A DNA stretch of 64,000 bases from Candidatus Hydrogenedentota bacterium (lineage in GTDB: Bacteria; Hydrogenedentota; Hydrogenedentia; Hydrogenedentales; JAEUWI01). Below the pieces are notes generated by a model. It worked only from the letters and a program-made list of their open reading frames with translations. It ran no database searches and was not told the DNA's origin. The translations under genes and the position numbers were made by a program. Position 1 is the stretch's first letter, and every line of letters starts with the position of its first letter. The DNA lies in the NCBI GenBank assembly GCA_034669905.1, contig JAXMOL010000002.1, positions 96,001 through 160,000 on the forward strand. Direction: 5' to 3'. Positions 48,619 through 59,168 of this stretch are shown here, one piece after another.

Positions 48619-50532
48619 ATGACCATGCCGAAATCTCTCCGGGCCCTGCTGGCCTTTCTACTCGTTGCCTTGCCCCTTACCACCGCCCACAGCGAAGCCC
48701 TCATCACCCTGACCGATGCCCAGGAGGCCAAGTGCCTCACTATCCTCCGTGGCACCCTCCAGTCCGATGAATTCTGGCCCGCCATGCACGCCGCGGAAGC
48801 CCTTACCCTCGCCGGACACGGCGAGGAAGTCCGCGCGGCCGTCGAACCCATGCTCGACACAGTGACCGACCTCCAACACCGCTGTGGCCTCGCCCGGGAG
48901 TTGGTGCGCGCGGGGGACCATAGCAAGGCCCAAATCCTCCTTGACCTGCTCGACGGCCCGGACCCCTACGCCCACATCCACGCGGCCGAAAGCTCGTATA
49001 AGGTGTGGGTGCTCGGTGACGGCGTGGATATGCGAAAGGCCTTCGCCGACAAAGAAAACACCAACCGCGCCCTCATGGCGGCCGCCGCCCTCGCACGGTG
49101 GGGCAATCAGGAGGCCCTCGTCCACCTGCGCCAGCAAATTCAGTCCGACAACAAAGACACGGCCCGCATTGCTGCCTGGATCCTCGGTCGGGTGGGGGAT
49201 GCCTCTGACATCCCGGCATTGCGTGATTGCCTGAAGCGATTTGACGACGAGATGGCCAATGGTTTTTTCGACCACGCCCTGGCTTCCCTCGGTGATCCCG
49301 CGGGTATCGTGGAGCTCGAGCGGAACCTCTTCAGCGACAACCCCACGCTACGCACCATGGCCGCCACTTTCGCCGGGGAGCTCGGCTTCCACCATCTCAA
49401 GGCCCTCTTGATTGCCCAACTCGACGACGACTACGAAGATGCCCGGGTACGGGCTGCCCAGGCCCTCCTCCAGATGGCCCACTACGCCCCGACCCACCCA
49501 GAGGGCATGCTCGTCTCGGAAGTCTATCCCGCGACGGAAGAAAACCCCCGCTACAGCGAAGGGGATGTCCACGTCCTCAACGATGGCCGCTATCTTTATG
49601 GCACGACCGAGTTCATGAATGACTGGAGCGACTTCGCCAAGGCCCGCATCGTAGGCCGTATCTCGGCGGACGGCGGCCAGACCTGGGGCGAGAAAACGGT
49701 CCTCCAGGAAAACATCGGCAAAAAGAACATTATGTCCCTCACCTTCCAGCAGCTTTCGGACTCGGAAGTGGGCATGTTTTATCTGCACAAGAATGACATG
49801 AACGACCTCGATGTCTACCTCCGTCGCTCCACAGATGGCGGGCTGACCTTTGGCGAAGCCTCCCTCGTCACCGACATGGCGGGTTACCACGTGATGAACA
49901 ATGACCGGGTGGTGCGCCTCTCCAGCGGCCGCTTGCTGGTCCCTGTTGCCTGGACCGAAGACGTGAAGACCGTGAATCACTTCACCTGCCGCACGTGGAT
50001 TTCTGACGACGCGGGCAAGACCTGGCGGGCCAGCAAGAACACGGTGGACTACGCCCAGCGGGGTGCCATGGAGCCCGAGTGCCTGGAACTCAACGACGGG
50101 CGCGTGCTCATGATATTCCGCAATCAGTTGGGCCACATCGGCGCGGCCTGGTCGGAAGACGGTGGCGAAACGTGGAGCGAAGGCAGCGACTGGGGCGTAC
50201 GCGCACCGGAAGCCCCTGCCACCCTGCGTCGCATTCCCTCCACCGGCGATCTGCTCCTTATCTGGAACGACAGCTTCGTGGAAGGCGCGGGACACGGCGG
50301 AAAACGTTCGCCCCTTACGGTCGCCATTTCGAAAGACGAAGGCAAGACCTGGGAACACAAGAAAAACATCGAAGCCGACGAAGAAGACGCTTCCTTCATG
50401 AGCGGCTTCTCCTACATCAGCGCCACCTTCGACCACGGCCGGGTGCTCTTGAGCTACTACGTCTCGAAAGAAGGCACCAAGATGATTTCGTCCCGCTTCC
50501 GTTCCTTCCCGATTGGGTGGCTGTATGAATAA
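48619..50532 (+). CDS. Secreted HEAT-repeat + sialidase-like (BNR) protein
   Basis: N-terminal HEAT-like repeats; Asp boxes SADGGQTW, STDGGLTF, SDDAGKTW, SEDGGETW, SKDEGKTW. Confidence 0.85.
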   Translation: MTMPKSLRALLAFLLVALPLTTAHSEALITLTDAQEAKCLTILRGTLQSDEFWPAMHAAEALTLAGHGEEVRAAVEPMLDTVTDLQHRCGLARELVRAGDHSKAQILLDLLDGPDPYAHIHAAESSYKVWVLGDGVDMRKAFADKENTNRALMAAAALARWGNQEALVHLRQQIQSDNKDTARIAAWILGRVGDASDIPALRDCLKRFDDEMANGFFDHALASLGDPAGIVELERNLFSDNPTLRTMAATFAGELGFHHLKALLIAQLDDDYEDARVRAAQALLQMAHYAPTHPEGMLVSEVYPATEENPRYSEGDVHVLNDGRYLYGTTEFMNDWSDFAKARIVGRISADGGQTWGEKTVLQENIGKKNIMSLTFQQLSDSEVGMFYLHKNDMNDLDVYLRRSTDGGLTFGEASLVTDMAGYHVMNNDRVVRLSSGRLLVPVAWTEDVKTVNHFTCRTWISDDAGKTWRASKNTVDYAQRGAMEPECLELNDGRVLMIFRNQLGHIGAAWSEDGGETWSEGSDWGVRAPEAPATLRRIPSTGDLLLIWNDSFVEGAGHGGKRSPLTVAISKDEGKTWEHKKNIEADEEDASFMSGFSYISATFDHGRVLLSYYVSKEGTKMISSRFRSFPIGWLYE

Positions 50533-50823
50533 TTAGCTGGGCTCGTTACACCGGTCTTCCGGTGTAACGCACTACCCTTCCGGTCCTCCGGAAGCAACCC
50601 CGCGAATCGCCGCAGGAGCGGCAAGGCAGGCATTCCCACGGGGGACCGTGGGAACGAGCGATTCCGGTCCTTCCCGATTGGCTGGCTGTATGAATAATTA
50701 TCTGCGCTCGTTACACCGGTCCCCCGGTGTAACGCACTACCCTTCCGGTCCTCCGGAAGCAACCCGGCAAGTCGCCGCAGGAGCGGCAAGGTAGGCATTC
50801 CCACGGGGGACCGTGGGAACGAG
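50497..50823 (+). repeat. 165-bp-period tandem duplication of a gene 3' end plus a REP doublet
   Basis: 50497-50658 matches 50662-50823; both begin with the FRSFPIGWLYE* coding sequence. Confidence 0.9.
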
Positions 50824-50843
50824 CATCTAAATTCCCAAGGCCG

Positions 50844-52586
50844 TTAATAACCCGCCGCACGCCCATGCTTGCGGGCATCACTCTTGCCGTAGAGGCGTCC
50901 CGCCTTCATCGCGACCACCTGACAGGCCGCCAGATTATCCCGCTGGGTAATCTGGTGGCCTTTTGCGGTAAGGGCCTCCGCTACGGGCGACTGGGCCAAT
51001 CCCGATTCCAGATAAAGCACGTCGGGACTCCACTGATGATGCATCCGGGGCGCGGCAACCGCTGCTTCCGGCAACATGTCGAAACGCGAGCTATTCAGCA
51101 ACACCTGAATCGTGGTGCTGATGATGCGCGGCCCGCCAGATGCCCCCAGCGCGAGTATCGCCTTTCCGTCGCGCACCATAATCGTGGGGGTCATGCTGGA
51201 GAGGGGCTTGTGTCGGGGACCCACGGTATTCGATTCCGACTGCATGAGCCCGAAGACGTTGGGCTCGCCGGGACGGGCGGTGAAGTCATCCATCTCGTTG
51301 TTCAAAACGATGCCATAGGTGGGCTCGACCACCCAACTGCCGAAGGCCGTGTTGATGGTTTCCGTGCAGGCCACCGCATTGCCCGCTGCGTCCATGACGG
51401 CGTAGTGGGTCGTACCGGCATCATCGGGCGTCACCGCCGACCCATAGGCCGAAGGGGACTGGGTCTGGTCCAGGCGGATGCGTCCAGCGATTGCTCGGGC
51501 GTAGGCGGTGCTCGTCAGTCGCTCTACGGGCACGTCGTGAAAGTCGGCGTCCCCCAGAAAGGTGCCTCTGTCCGCGAAGGCGTGCTTCAGGGACTCGGTG
51601 AGCAACTGGAGATACTCCGGCGAATTATGTCCCAGGCCAGAAAGGGGACCCTTCAGGGTGGTGGACTCGAAGGCCGCGAGGATGTTCAAGGTCTCCACCA
51701 GGGCGACGCCGCCACTGGAAGGCGGCGGCATGGAAACAATCTGAACACCTTCGAACCGGGCCGTGATGGGCTTGCGGGTGACCACGTCCATGGTGGCCAG
51801 GTCGGACGGTTGCCATATGCCGCCCTGTGCCGCGACACATTCCACGAGGGCGCGGGCCATGTCCCCCGTGTAAAAGGCCGCGGGGCCTTCGGCCGCCAAC
51901 ACCCGGAGTGCCGCCGCCTGGGGCGAATGAAACGGGTCTCCCACGGCCAGCTTACCTTCCTGCAGATACTCCCTCCAGAGCCCACGGTATTTCACCTGGA
52001 GTGTGGGGTCTTCCTCGAATTCCTTCGCGATGGATCGACGTCCAGCGACCTCATGTTCGTCGAGGGGGACGCCCTCCTCCGCATACCGGAGTGCGGGCGC
52101 AATGACCTCCGCCAGCGGCAGGGTGCCGTAGTGCTTTAAGGCATGACAAAGGCCCGCGACCTGCCCCGGCACACCGATGGCCATCCCGCCCTTCTCGCTG
52201 GACGGAATCGTCCCATCAGGTTGGGCTTTCGTAAACATATCCCGTGTTGCCGCCCCCGGTGCGCGCTCCCGAAAGTCGAGGGTAATGGCTTCGCCTTTAT
52301 CGGCGTCCCAGATAACCATGAAGCCCCCGCCGCCCAAGCCTGCGCTTCCGGGACGTAACACCGACAAGGCAAAACCCGTGGCCACGGCGGCGTCCACCAC
52401 ATTGCCACCCGCCTGCAGCATTTCCACGCCCGCGCGGCTGGCGAGTTCGTGGTCGGCCGCCACGACACCGTGTTCCCAGGCGGTGACGGGGCTTTCGGCG
52501 GCGGCGGGCAAACACGAAAGCCCCATAAGAAGCACCAGGGCGATGGCGCGGTACAGTAAGGGCGGTAGCGAAAAAGACATGGTCAT
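50844..52586 (-). CDS. ggt: Gamma-glutamyltransferase
   Basis: GGNVVDAAVA, GLGGGGF, DFRERAP, PPPSSGG, GTTHYAVMD, LNNEMDDF, PLSSMTP, GASGG.RI. Confidence 0.95.
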   Translation of the reverse strand: MTMSFSLPPLLYRAIALVLLMGLSCLPAAAESPVTAWEHGVVAADHELASRAGVEMLQAGGNVVDAAVATGFALSVLRPGSAGLGGGGFMVIWDADKGEAITLDFRERAPGAATRDMFTKAQPDGTIPSSEKGGMAIGVPGQVAGLCHALKHYGTLPLAEVIAPALRYAEEGVPLDEHEVAGRRSIAKEFEEDPTLQVKYRGLWREYLQEGKLAVGDPFHSPQAAALRVLAAEGPAAFYTGDMARALVECVAAQGGIWQPSDLATMDVVTRKPITARFEGVQIVSMPPPSSGGVALVETLNILAAFESTTLKGPLSGLGHNSPEYLQLLTESLKHAFADRGTFLGDADFHDVPVERLTSTAYARAIAGRIRLDQTQSPSAYGSAVTPDDAGTTHYAVMDAAGNAVACTETINTAFGSWVVEPTYGIVLNNEMDDFTARPGEPNVFGLMQSESNTVGPRHKPLSSMTPTIMVRDGKAILALGASGGPRIISTTIQVLLNSSRFDMLPEAAVAAPRMHHQWSPDVLYLESGLAQSPVAEALTAKGHQITQRDNLAACQVVAMKAGRLYGKSDARKHGRAAGY

Positions 52587-52679
52587 TGAAAACTCCTTGG
52601 GGAGGTTGGCATGGTCGATCATGGTAGCACAGGCAAACGTGATGACAATGGGCTTCGGCATGGGTTAAGAAACACAACG

Positions 52680-53091
52680 CTCGTTACACCGGTCCCCCGG
52701 TGTAACGCACTACCCTTCCGGTCCACCGGAAGCAACCCGGCGAAGTGACCGGCGGTCGGCACAAAACGCCCGGCTCGTCTCTCCTTTCGCCTTCGGCGAA
52801 TCGCCGCAGGAGCGGCAAGGTAGGCATTCCCACGGGAGACCGTGGGAACGAGCGAAAAACGGGCGATTGGGAAAGACGACTCTTTGGAGTGCGGCAGCTT
52901 GCTCCCCACCCCTGGAAGCAGGTTTAACCATCGCCCACCGGCCTGTGCCGTGAGCAAGCTCACTCCGTAAGAGCGTAAGCAAGCTTACGCACTCCAAGGG
53001 ATTTACCCGTTTAGTGAGAGGATGGAGTCTATGCTGCTGGGCTCGTTACACCGGCCCTCCGGTGCAACGCACGACCCTTCCGAGCCTCCGG
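52680..53091. repeat. Composite intergenic cluster of REP-like palindromes
   Basis: CTCGTTACACCGG..CCGGTG(T/C)AACG at 52680 and 53042; family A at 52804; TTGGAGTGCG..CGCACTCCAA at 52884-52996. Confidence 0.8.
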
Positions 53092-53260
53092 GAGGAATTC
53101 TGCAAGGTACCTGCCCGTCCACCCAAAACACCCGGATAGTCCCACCTTCCGCCTACGGCGCGTCTATGACGCGTGGCAAACAGGGGACCATGGGAAGGAG
53201 TACTAAATTGACGCACACCTTCGCTATTATGAATCCTCAACCTGCTACGAAAGGCTCTCC

Positions 53261-54655
53261 ATGCGAATTACGCTTCTATTATTGGCTTTAGCTGTCATCG
53301 CCCCATCCTTCGTCCCCGCCGCATCCCCCAACATCGTCCTGGTCTTTATCGACGATATGGGCTGGGGCGACTTTTCCGCCTTTGGCAACGAGGCGGTCGA
53401 AACCCAACACATCGACCGGCTGGCCTCCGAAGGGATTCGCTTCGAGCAATTCTATGTGAACTCACCCATCTGCTCGCCGTCACGGACCGCCATATCCACG
53501 GGCCAATATCCTCAGCGCTGGCGCATTGGCTCTTACCTGGCCGCGCGGGAGTTGAATGAGAAGCGGGGCGTTGCCCAATGGCTCGACCCGAAGGCCCCTA
53601 TGCTCGCGCGCATCCTCCACGAAGCGGGTTACGCCACCGGCCACTTCGGCAAGTGGCATATGGGCGGCCAGCGTGACGTGGGCGAAGCGCCCCTCATCAC
53701 CGAATACGGCTTCGACGAATCCCTGACCAATTTCGAAGGGCTCGGCCCCCGCGTCTTGCCCTTGTGCAACGCCTTCGACGGGAAGCCCCTGAAACGCCAC
53801 GACCTCGGCTCGGCGAAACTGGGCCGCGGCCCCATCCAGTGGGAAGACCGGGCGGCTATCACCCAGACCTTTACCCAAGCCGCACTGGGCTTCATCAAAA
53901 AGGCGGAATCGGCGGGAAAGCCCTTCTACGTCAATGTCTGGCCCGATGATGTCCATTCGCCCTTCTATCCGCCCGAAGCGCGGCGGGGTGACGGCAAAAA
54001 GCGAAGCCTCTACCACGGCGTCCTCGACACCATGGACGAACAGCTCGGCGAACTTTTCGACTACATCCGCAACAGCGAGACGCTCCGGGACAACACCCTC
54101 ATCCTCGTCTGTTCCGACAACGGCCCCGAGCAGGGTGCCGGTTCGGCGGGTCCCTTCCGGGGATTGAAGACCATGCTCTACGAAGGGGGTATCCGCTCGC
54201 CCCTCATTGCCTGGGGCCCGGGGCTGGTGAAGGGCGCGGGGACCGTCAATGAGCGCTCCTTCTTTTCTGCCATCGACCTTGTGCCCACCGTGCTCGATGT
54301 GGTCCAGGTGCCCATACCCGACGCAATCGACTTTGATGGCGAGGCGCTCTCCGGCGTATTGACGGGCACGTCGACCGCCTCCCGAAAGGAGCCTCTCTTT
54401 TTCCGCCGTCCCCCCGACCGGGATGCCTACTACGGTGTGGCCGACCTGCCCGATCTCGCGGTGCGGGAGGGCAAATGGAAATTGCTCTGTGAATACGACG
54501 GGAGTCAGCCGGAACTCTATGACCTGGAATCGGACCGGGAAGAGCGCAACAACGTGGCAGCCGAGCACCCGGAAGTCGTGACCCGCCTGACCGAGGCCGT
54601 CGTGTCGTGGCACGAGGCCATGCCACAGGACCACGGCGCCACCTTTAAAAAGTAG
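53261..54655 (+). CDS. Sulfatase (Cys-type)
   Basis: PNIVLVFIDDMGWGD, CSPSR, GKWHMG, SDNGP, EGGIRSP. Confidence 0.93.
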   Translation: MRITLLLLALAVIAPSFVPAASPNIVLVFIDDMGWGDFSAFGNEAVETQHIDRLASEGIRFEQFYVNSPICSPSRTAISTGQYPQRWRIGSYLAARELNEKRGVAQWLDPKAPMLARILHEAGYATGHFGKWHMGGQRDVGEAPLITEYGFDESLTNFEGLGPRVLPLCNAFDGKPLKRHDLGSAKLGRGPIQWEDRAAITQTFTQAALGFIKKAESAGKPFYVNVWPDDVHSPFYPPEARRGDGKKRSLYHGVLDTMDEQLGELFDYIRNSETLRDNTLILVCSDNGPEQGAGSAGPFRGLKTMLYEGGIRSPLIAWGPGLVKGAGTVNERSFFSAIDLVPTVLDVVQVPIPDAIDFDGEALSGVLTGTSTASRKEPLFFRRPPDRDAYYGVADLPDLAVREGKWKLLCEYDGSQPELYDLESDREERNNVAAEHPEVVTRLTEAVVSWHEAMPQDHGATFKK

Positions 54656-54942
54656 CCACGTCGTAGCAGTGGCGGGTACACGTCCGTTCACCCTGGACGT
54701 GCCGCGCGATCGCGCTTCGGGTGCGACGGAGTCGCGCCAAAACGCGTTCGTGCGCTCTTGGGTCATCTAGCCGGGGTGTCCTACCCAATCACTCAATTCG
54801 CCAATCGATGAGAGCGCAGAAATCACGAGGCCCATGCCCGCAATCACGCACGAACCCGTCAGACTCGTTGACACTCGCCTTTTGGGGATCGCGCGGCACG
54901 GTGATTCCAACCGGCTCGGGACCCTCAAGCGCGAGAAGCCGG

Positions 54943-56133
54943 TTAAGGCAACTCACCCATCGCCTTGTTAATCAACACCCGCTCGCGCGCGGCGTCCGAC
55001 GTAAAACGCCCTGCCATGATGTCTTCCTCCGTAAAGACCGCCATGAGAATATCCCGCTCCTTGTAGCGGCTGTAATCGTAGATGAGGTAGATGCGACCAT
55101 CCTTGGTTTCGACGCCATCCGGATAAGAAACCCCGCTCCGCTCGTCGACCATGAGTCCCCCCTCCCACGTGGCACCATCGTCGCCCGACAGAAAAGCCGT
55201 CAGGTGCGACCGGGTCTTACCGTCCGGCGGATTGTGGCGCACAAAGAGCAGTTTTCCCGAGGCCAGCCGCCGCAGGAAAAAGCGGGCGGACGGCAAGGGC
55301 GAGAAGGCCGCCGGGTTCGTTTCACCCCAGGTCTGGCCGCCGTCCTTGGAAACAGCCTGACCAATACCACGGCCCGTGCGCAGCAACATCCAGAGGCTGC
55401 CATCGCCCCGCTCGACGACCATGTGTTCGTCAAAGGCCGGGCTGGACATACGGGCGCCACCATAACGCGTCCACGTACCGCCCTGGTCCCGGGAGCCCAC
55501 CACATTGGCCCCCGCCTCTTCTGTCAGATGAAAGGCATGGTCTGGATTGGGCGCAACACGCCACAGGGCCGCCGGGAGAAGCCAGGCCCCTGTCGACGTC
55601 ACCGTCGGCTTATTCATCAACACCCCATTACACAAGCGACGGGGCGCGGACCACTCGGGGTCTTCCTCCCCGGGGCTTTCGGTCACCATGGCCCATACAC
55701 CCGCACGGCCATCCCAGATATTACTGACAGCCGTGGGGTTCTTATCGCCGCCATAGCCCTGCGACCAGAACAGCCAGAGCCGTCCCAGGGGATCAATCCA
55801 TAAGGCCGGGTCGAAGGCACGGACGATACCGTCAGGGTGAACGATACGTTTCTGGGTCCAGGTTTGGCCGTCATCGTCGCTCGTGTAGAGCAAGACATAG
55901 TTCCAAATACCCTCCGTAGGGCCGCCGCTATACCACGTGGCCCAGAGACGTCCGTTTTCCGCCCGCTCGATACCGGGGATGCCTTGCCAGATTCGCGCCT
56001 CGTCGGCGTATTCCGGGCCCGGGTCCACGATGACCTTTGGCGGGTCCAACGCGGGGTCTCCCTCCGGAACGGCAGCCGGCACAAGGATCAGGGCGAGGGT
56101 ATAGAATAGGGCGTTCATTGGCTTCAACTCCAT
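54943..56133 (-). CDS. Sialidase-like / BNR-repeat protein
   Basis: Asp boxes SDDDGQTW, SRDQGGTW, SKDGGQTW, SGDDGATW; SYPDG; signal peptide. Confidence 0.85.
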   Translation of the reverse strand: MELKPMNALFYTLALILVPAAVPEGDPALDPPKVIVDPGPEYADEARIWQGIPGIERAENGRLWATWYSGGPTEGIWNYVLLYTSDDDGQTWTQKRIVHPDGIVRAFDPALWIDPLGRLWLFWSQGYGGDKNPTAVSNIWDGRAGVWAMVTESPGEEDPEWSAPRRLCNGVLMNKPTVTSTGAWLLPAALWRVAPNPDHAFHLTEEAGANVVGSRDQGGTWTRYGGARMSSPAFDEHMVVERGDGSLWMLLRTGRGIGQAVSKDGGQTWGETNPAAFSPLPSARFFLRRLASGKLLFVRHNPPDGKTRSHLTAFLSGDDGATWEGGLMVDERSGVSYPDGVETKDGRIYLIYDYSRYKERDILMAVFTEEDIMAGRFTSDAARERVLINKAMGELP

Positions 56134-56388
56134 GGTCGTGACAAAAGCAGTACCGCATTCTACACCGGATCTGGTCGCGGGACAATCGAACGAAGCACGG
56201 GTGCCACCCTCAAGCGGAGGAGCAAAGCGGGGGAAGCTTGTGGGTGGGCGTCTGGAAGCCCGCCTGAGCCCCGCTCAGCGAGCGCTGGTCCCACCCTCCC
56301 GCATCCAGCCCATTGACTCCCGACACAGATCCGCCCTACACTTTCATTGAGTTCTAAACCCAACCCCACCAAGTGAAAGTGTATCATC

Positions 56389-58263
56389 ATGACCGGGCGT
56401 ATGCTCTCTATCCTTCTCACCCTCGTCGCCACCCACGTGATGGCCGCCGAAGGGCCCAACATCCTCTGGCTTTCCGTCGAGGACATCAGCCCCCACCTCG
56501 GCTGCTATGGGTATCCCAACGCCAAGACACCCACACTCGACACCCTGGCCACCGAGGGCACCCGCTACACCCACGCCTATAGCACAGCGGGCGTCTGCGC
56601 GCCCAGCCGCTCGGCCATCATCACGGGCATGTATCAGACCACCCTGGGCACCCAGCATATGCGGGCCAAGGCCCAACTCCCCGAGCACATCCAACCCTTC
56701 ACCATCCCCCTGCGCGAAGCGGGCTATTATTGCACCAACAACTCGAAAACGGACTACCAGTTCGACGCCCCCAAAGGAACCTGGGACGAATCGAGCAAGT
56801 CTGCCCACTGGAAGAACCGACCCAAAGACCAGCCCTTCTTCGCCGTATTTAACTATACCGGGTGCCACGAATCGGGCATTGCCAACACGCAGAAATATCA
56901 AACGGTCACCGAAGGCCTTACGCCCATCAAGCGCAACGTGGCCGCCGAATCTCTCCCGCCCTACTACCCCGACACGCCCACCGTGCGGGAAGATTGGGGC
57001 CGCTATTACGATATCATTACGGCCATGGACCGATGGGTCGCCGGGCACCTGAAGGCCCTGGACGATGCCGGACTCGCCGACGACACCATCGTCATCTATT
57101 GGTCGGATCATGGCGTGGGACTGCCCCGGGCGAAGCGCTGGCTCTATGAATCGGGCACCCACGTGCCCCTTATCGTGCGCATCCCTCCAAAGTATCGCAC
57201 CGGCACACAGGCCATTCCCGGCACCGTATCCGACCAGCTCATCAGCCTCATGGATCTGGGCCCTACCACCTTGAATCTCGCCGGAGTGACCGTGCCCAAC
57301 CACATGCAGGGACAGCCCTTCCTCGGGAAAAAACTCCCCGCACCCCGCACCTACATCTATGGCGCACGGGACCGGATGGACGAACGCTATGACATCATCC
57401 GCATGGTGCGCGGCAAACGTTTCCGCTACATCCGCAACTACGAACCTTTCAAGCCCTATTACCAATACATGAACACCCCCGAGAAGGGACAGACCATGAA
57501 GGCCATCCGCGCGGCCGAGGCCAACGGCACCGCCACGCCTGCCCTGGCCCTGAACCTCCAGCCCGGAAAGCCCATGGAGGAACTCTATGACGTGAACGCC
57601 GATCCCCACGAGATTCGTAACCTCGCGAAGGACCCAGACCACCAGAAGACCTTGAAGCGCCTGCGACAGGCTCACCTCGACTGGGTGCTGGAAACCCGCG
57701 ACGTGGGCCTCATCCCCGAGCCAGATATTGCGGAGCGTGCCGACGAACTCGGCAGTGCCTGGGCCATCCTTAATGGCGAAAACGGCGCAGCGCTCATGGA
57801 ACGGGTCCGCGATGCCGCCTCCCTCGCCCTGGCGGGACCGGAAAAAATGCCCGACATGATCGCCGCGCTGGGCGATGGAGATGCAGCCGTCCGCTATTGG
57901 GCCGCCACGGCCCTGGGCAATCAGGGCGCTGCTGCGAAACCCGCCCATGATGCCCTGGTAAAGACGCTGGCGGATACCTCAGCCGTCGTGCGGGTTGCGT
58001 CGGCACGGGCCCTGGCACGGATGGGCGACGTGGAGCCGGCCCTGCCCGTCTTAACCGAAGTGCTCGACAACGGCACCCAATGGGCACGGGTTCATGCCGC
58101 CATCGTGTTGGATGAAATGGATGAAGCCGCCCGGCCCGCCCTCGCCGCCATGGAGCGGAACAAAGCCTACCGGAAAGGCCTGGTCGCCGATGGCAAATAC
58201 ACCGTGCGCGTGTTAAACCGTGCGCTCAACGAACTACAGGGCACCAACAACGCGGTGAAATAG
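56389..58263 (+). CDS. Sulfatase with C-terminal HEAT repeats
   Basis: PNILWLSVED, CAPSRSAIITGMY, SDHG; AVRYWAATALG and VVRVASARAL repeats. Confidence 0.9.
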   Translation: MTGRMLSILLTLVATHVMAAEGPNILWLSVEDISPHLGCYGYPNAKTPTLDTLATEGTRYTHAYSTAGVCAPSRSAIITGMYQTTLGTQHMRAKAQLPEHIQPFTIPLREAGYYCTNNSKTDYQFDAPKGTWDESSKSAHWKNRPKDQPFFAVFNYTGCHESGIANTQKYQTVTEGLTPIKRNVAAESLPPYYPDTPTVREDWGRYYDIITAMDRWVAGHLKALDDAGLADDTIVIYWSDHGVGLPRAKRWLYESGTHVPLIVRIPPKYRTGTQAIPGTVSDQLISLMDLGPTTLNLAGVTVPNHMQGQPFLGKKLPAPRTYIYGARDRMDERYDIIRMVRGKRFRYIRNYEPFKPYYQYMNTPEKGQTMKAIRAAEANGTATPALALNLQPGKPMEELYDVNADPHEIRNLAKDPDHQKTLKRLRQAHLDWVLETRDVGLIPEPDIAERADELGSAWAILNGENGAALMERVRDAASLALAGPEKMPDMIAALGDGDAAVRYWAATALGNQGAAAKPAHDALVKTLADTSAVVRVASARALARMGDVEPALPVLTEVLDNGTQWARVHAAIVLDEMDEAARPALAAMERNKAYRKGLVADGKYTVRVLNRALNELQGTNNAVK

Positions 58264-58367
58264 GGGACGCCTGTTTTCTACCACGGAAGGCAGGAGGACG
58301 ATAAGGGTGCCACGGGAAAGCGCTCGGCTTGCCCGTGCGGATTGGCGTCTACGTCGTCTCCATTCCG

Positions 58368-58712
58368 CTAGTCTTTTCGGAGCATCTCGGACGACTCCAG
58401 AATGCGCGTTGCAATGGCATTGAGGCTCTCATTAGACGCACTGGCCGACTCGGCAAGACGTCGGTGTAATTCGGGAGATACGCGCAACACGAATTTCCCG
58501 GAGTACGGCTTATTCGGCTCTTTGCCAATACGCTCGCAATGGTTCAGATAGACCTCCACCGAGTCCCGAAAGGCTTCATGTAACTCCTCAATGGAGCGCC
58601 CCTGAAAATGTATGGTGTCGCGAATATTTGTCACCACACCAAAAAACGAGTCATCCTCCTGATCATATTCCAATCGGGCCTCATATCCCTTATAGCTCAG
58701 ATGGTCTTTCAT
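58368..58712 (-). CDS. hicB: HicB-family antitoxin
   Basis: YKGY.A..EYD.ED..F.G.V..IRD.I.FQG.S..EL..AF..SV..YL..C..G.EP.KPYSGKF.LR. Confidence 0.93.
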   Translation of the reverse strand: MKDHLSYKGYEARLEYDQEDDSFFGVVTNIRDTIHFQGRSIEELHEAFRDSVEVYLNHCERIGKEPNKPYSGKFVLRVSPELHRRLAESASASNESLNAIATRILESSEMLRKD

Positions 58713-58963
58713 AGTTCTACTCCAACTTCGTTCAAGAACCTTCGCACCGCCACCGCCACACCCCGACGTATGGTGGGTTGCGGATGGGGACGGTGGAACA
58801 CCGCCACATGCTCACCCATCGTTACCGTAACCCGTGAGCCTGCACCCTCATCGAGCACCGCACCCAACCCCACGAACAGGGACTCCACGTCGGCCCAACG
58901 GATATTGTTGCCCGCCTCTCCATGCATTATTCGCTGGAGGGTTTTTCGTTGCTTGTTATTCAC
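58709..58963 (-). CDS. hicA: HicA-family toxin
   Basis: NIRWADVESL..LGA..EGAGSRV..FHRPHP; 4-bp overlap with hicB. Confidence 0.92.
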   Translation of the reverse strand: MNNKQRKTLQRIMHGEAGNNIRWADVESLFVGLGAVLDEGAGSRVTVTMGEHVAVFHRPHPQPTIRRGVAVAVRRFLNEVGVEL

Positions 58964-58969
58964 CCGTTC

Positions 58970-58998
58970 ATAATACTATCTCTAGTACCATTCGTCAA
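58970..58998 (-). promoter_or_regulatory. hicAB promoter with an overlapping palindromic operator
   Basis: TTGACG (58998-58993), 17 bp, TATTAT (58975-58970); TACTA-N4-TAGTA palindrome at 58974-58987. Confidence 0.7.
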
Positions 58999-59168
58999 TC
59001 GCTGGCGGCTGCTGGCGCGACTTTGTTAAACCCTCGTTCCTACGCCCCCTGCAGGAACGAGGTGGGCTGATTCCAAGAGTCGTCTACAAACCCGAAAGCG
59101 ACTGAATTGACACGACGCACGTCGGTTACTAGACTGCTCTGGAAGCCAACTTTCAGGAGGATTCCATC

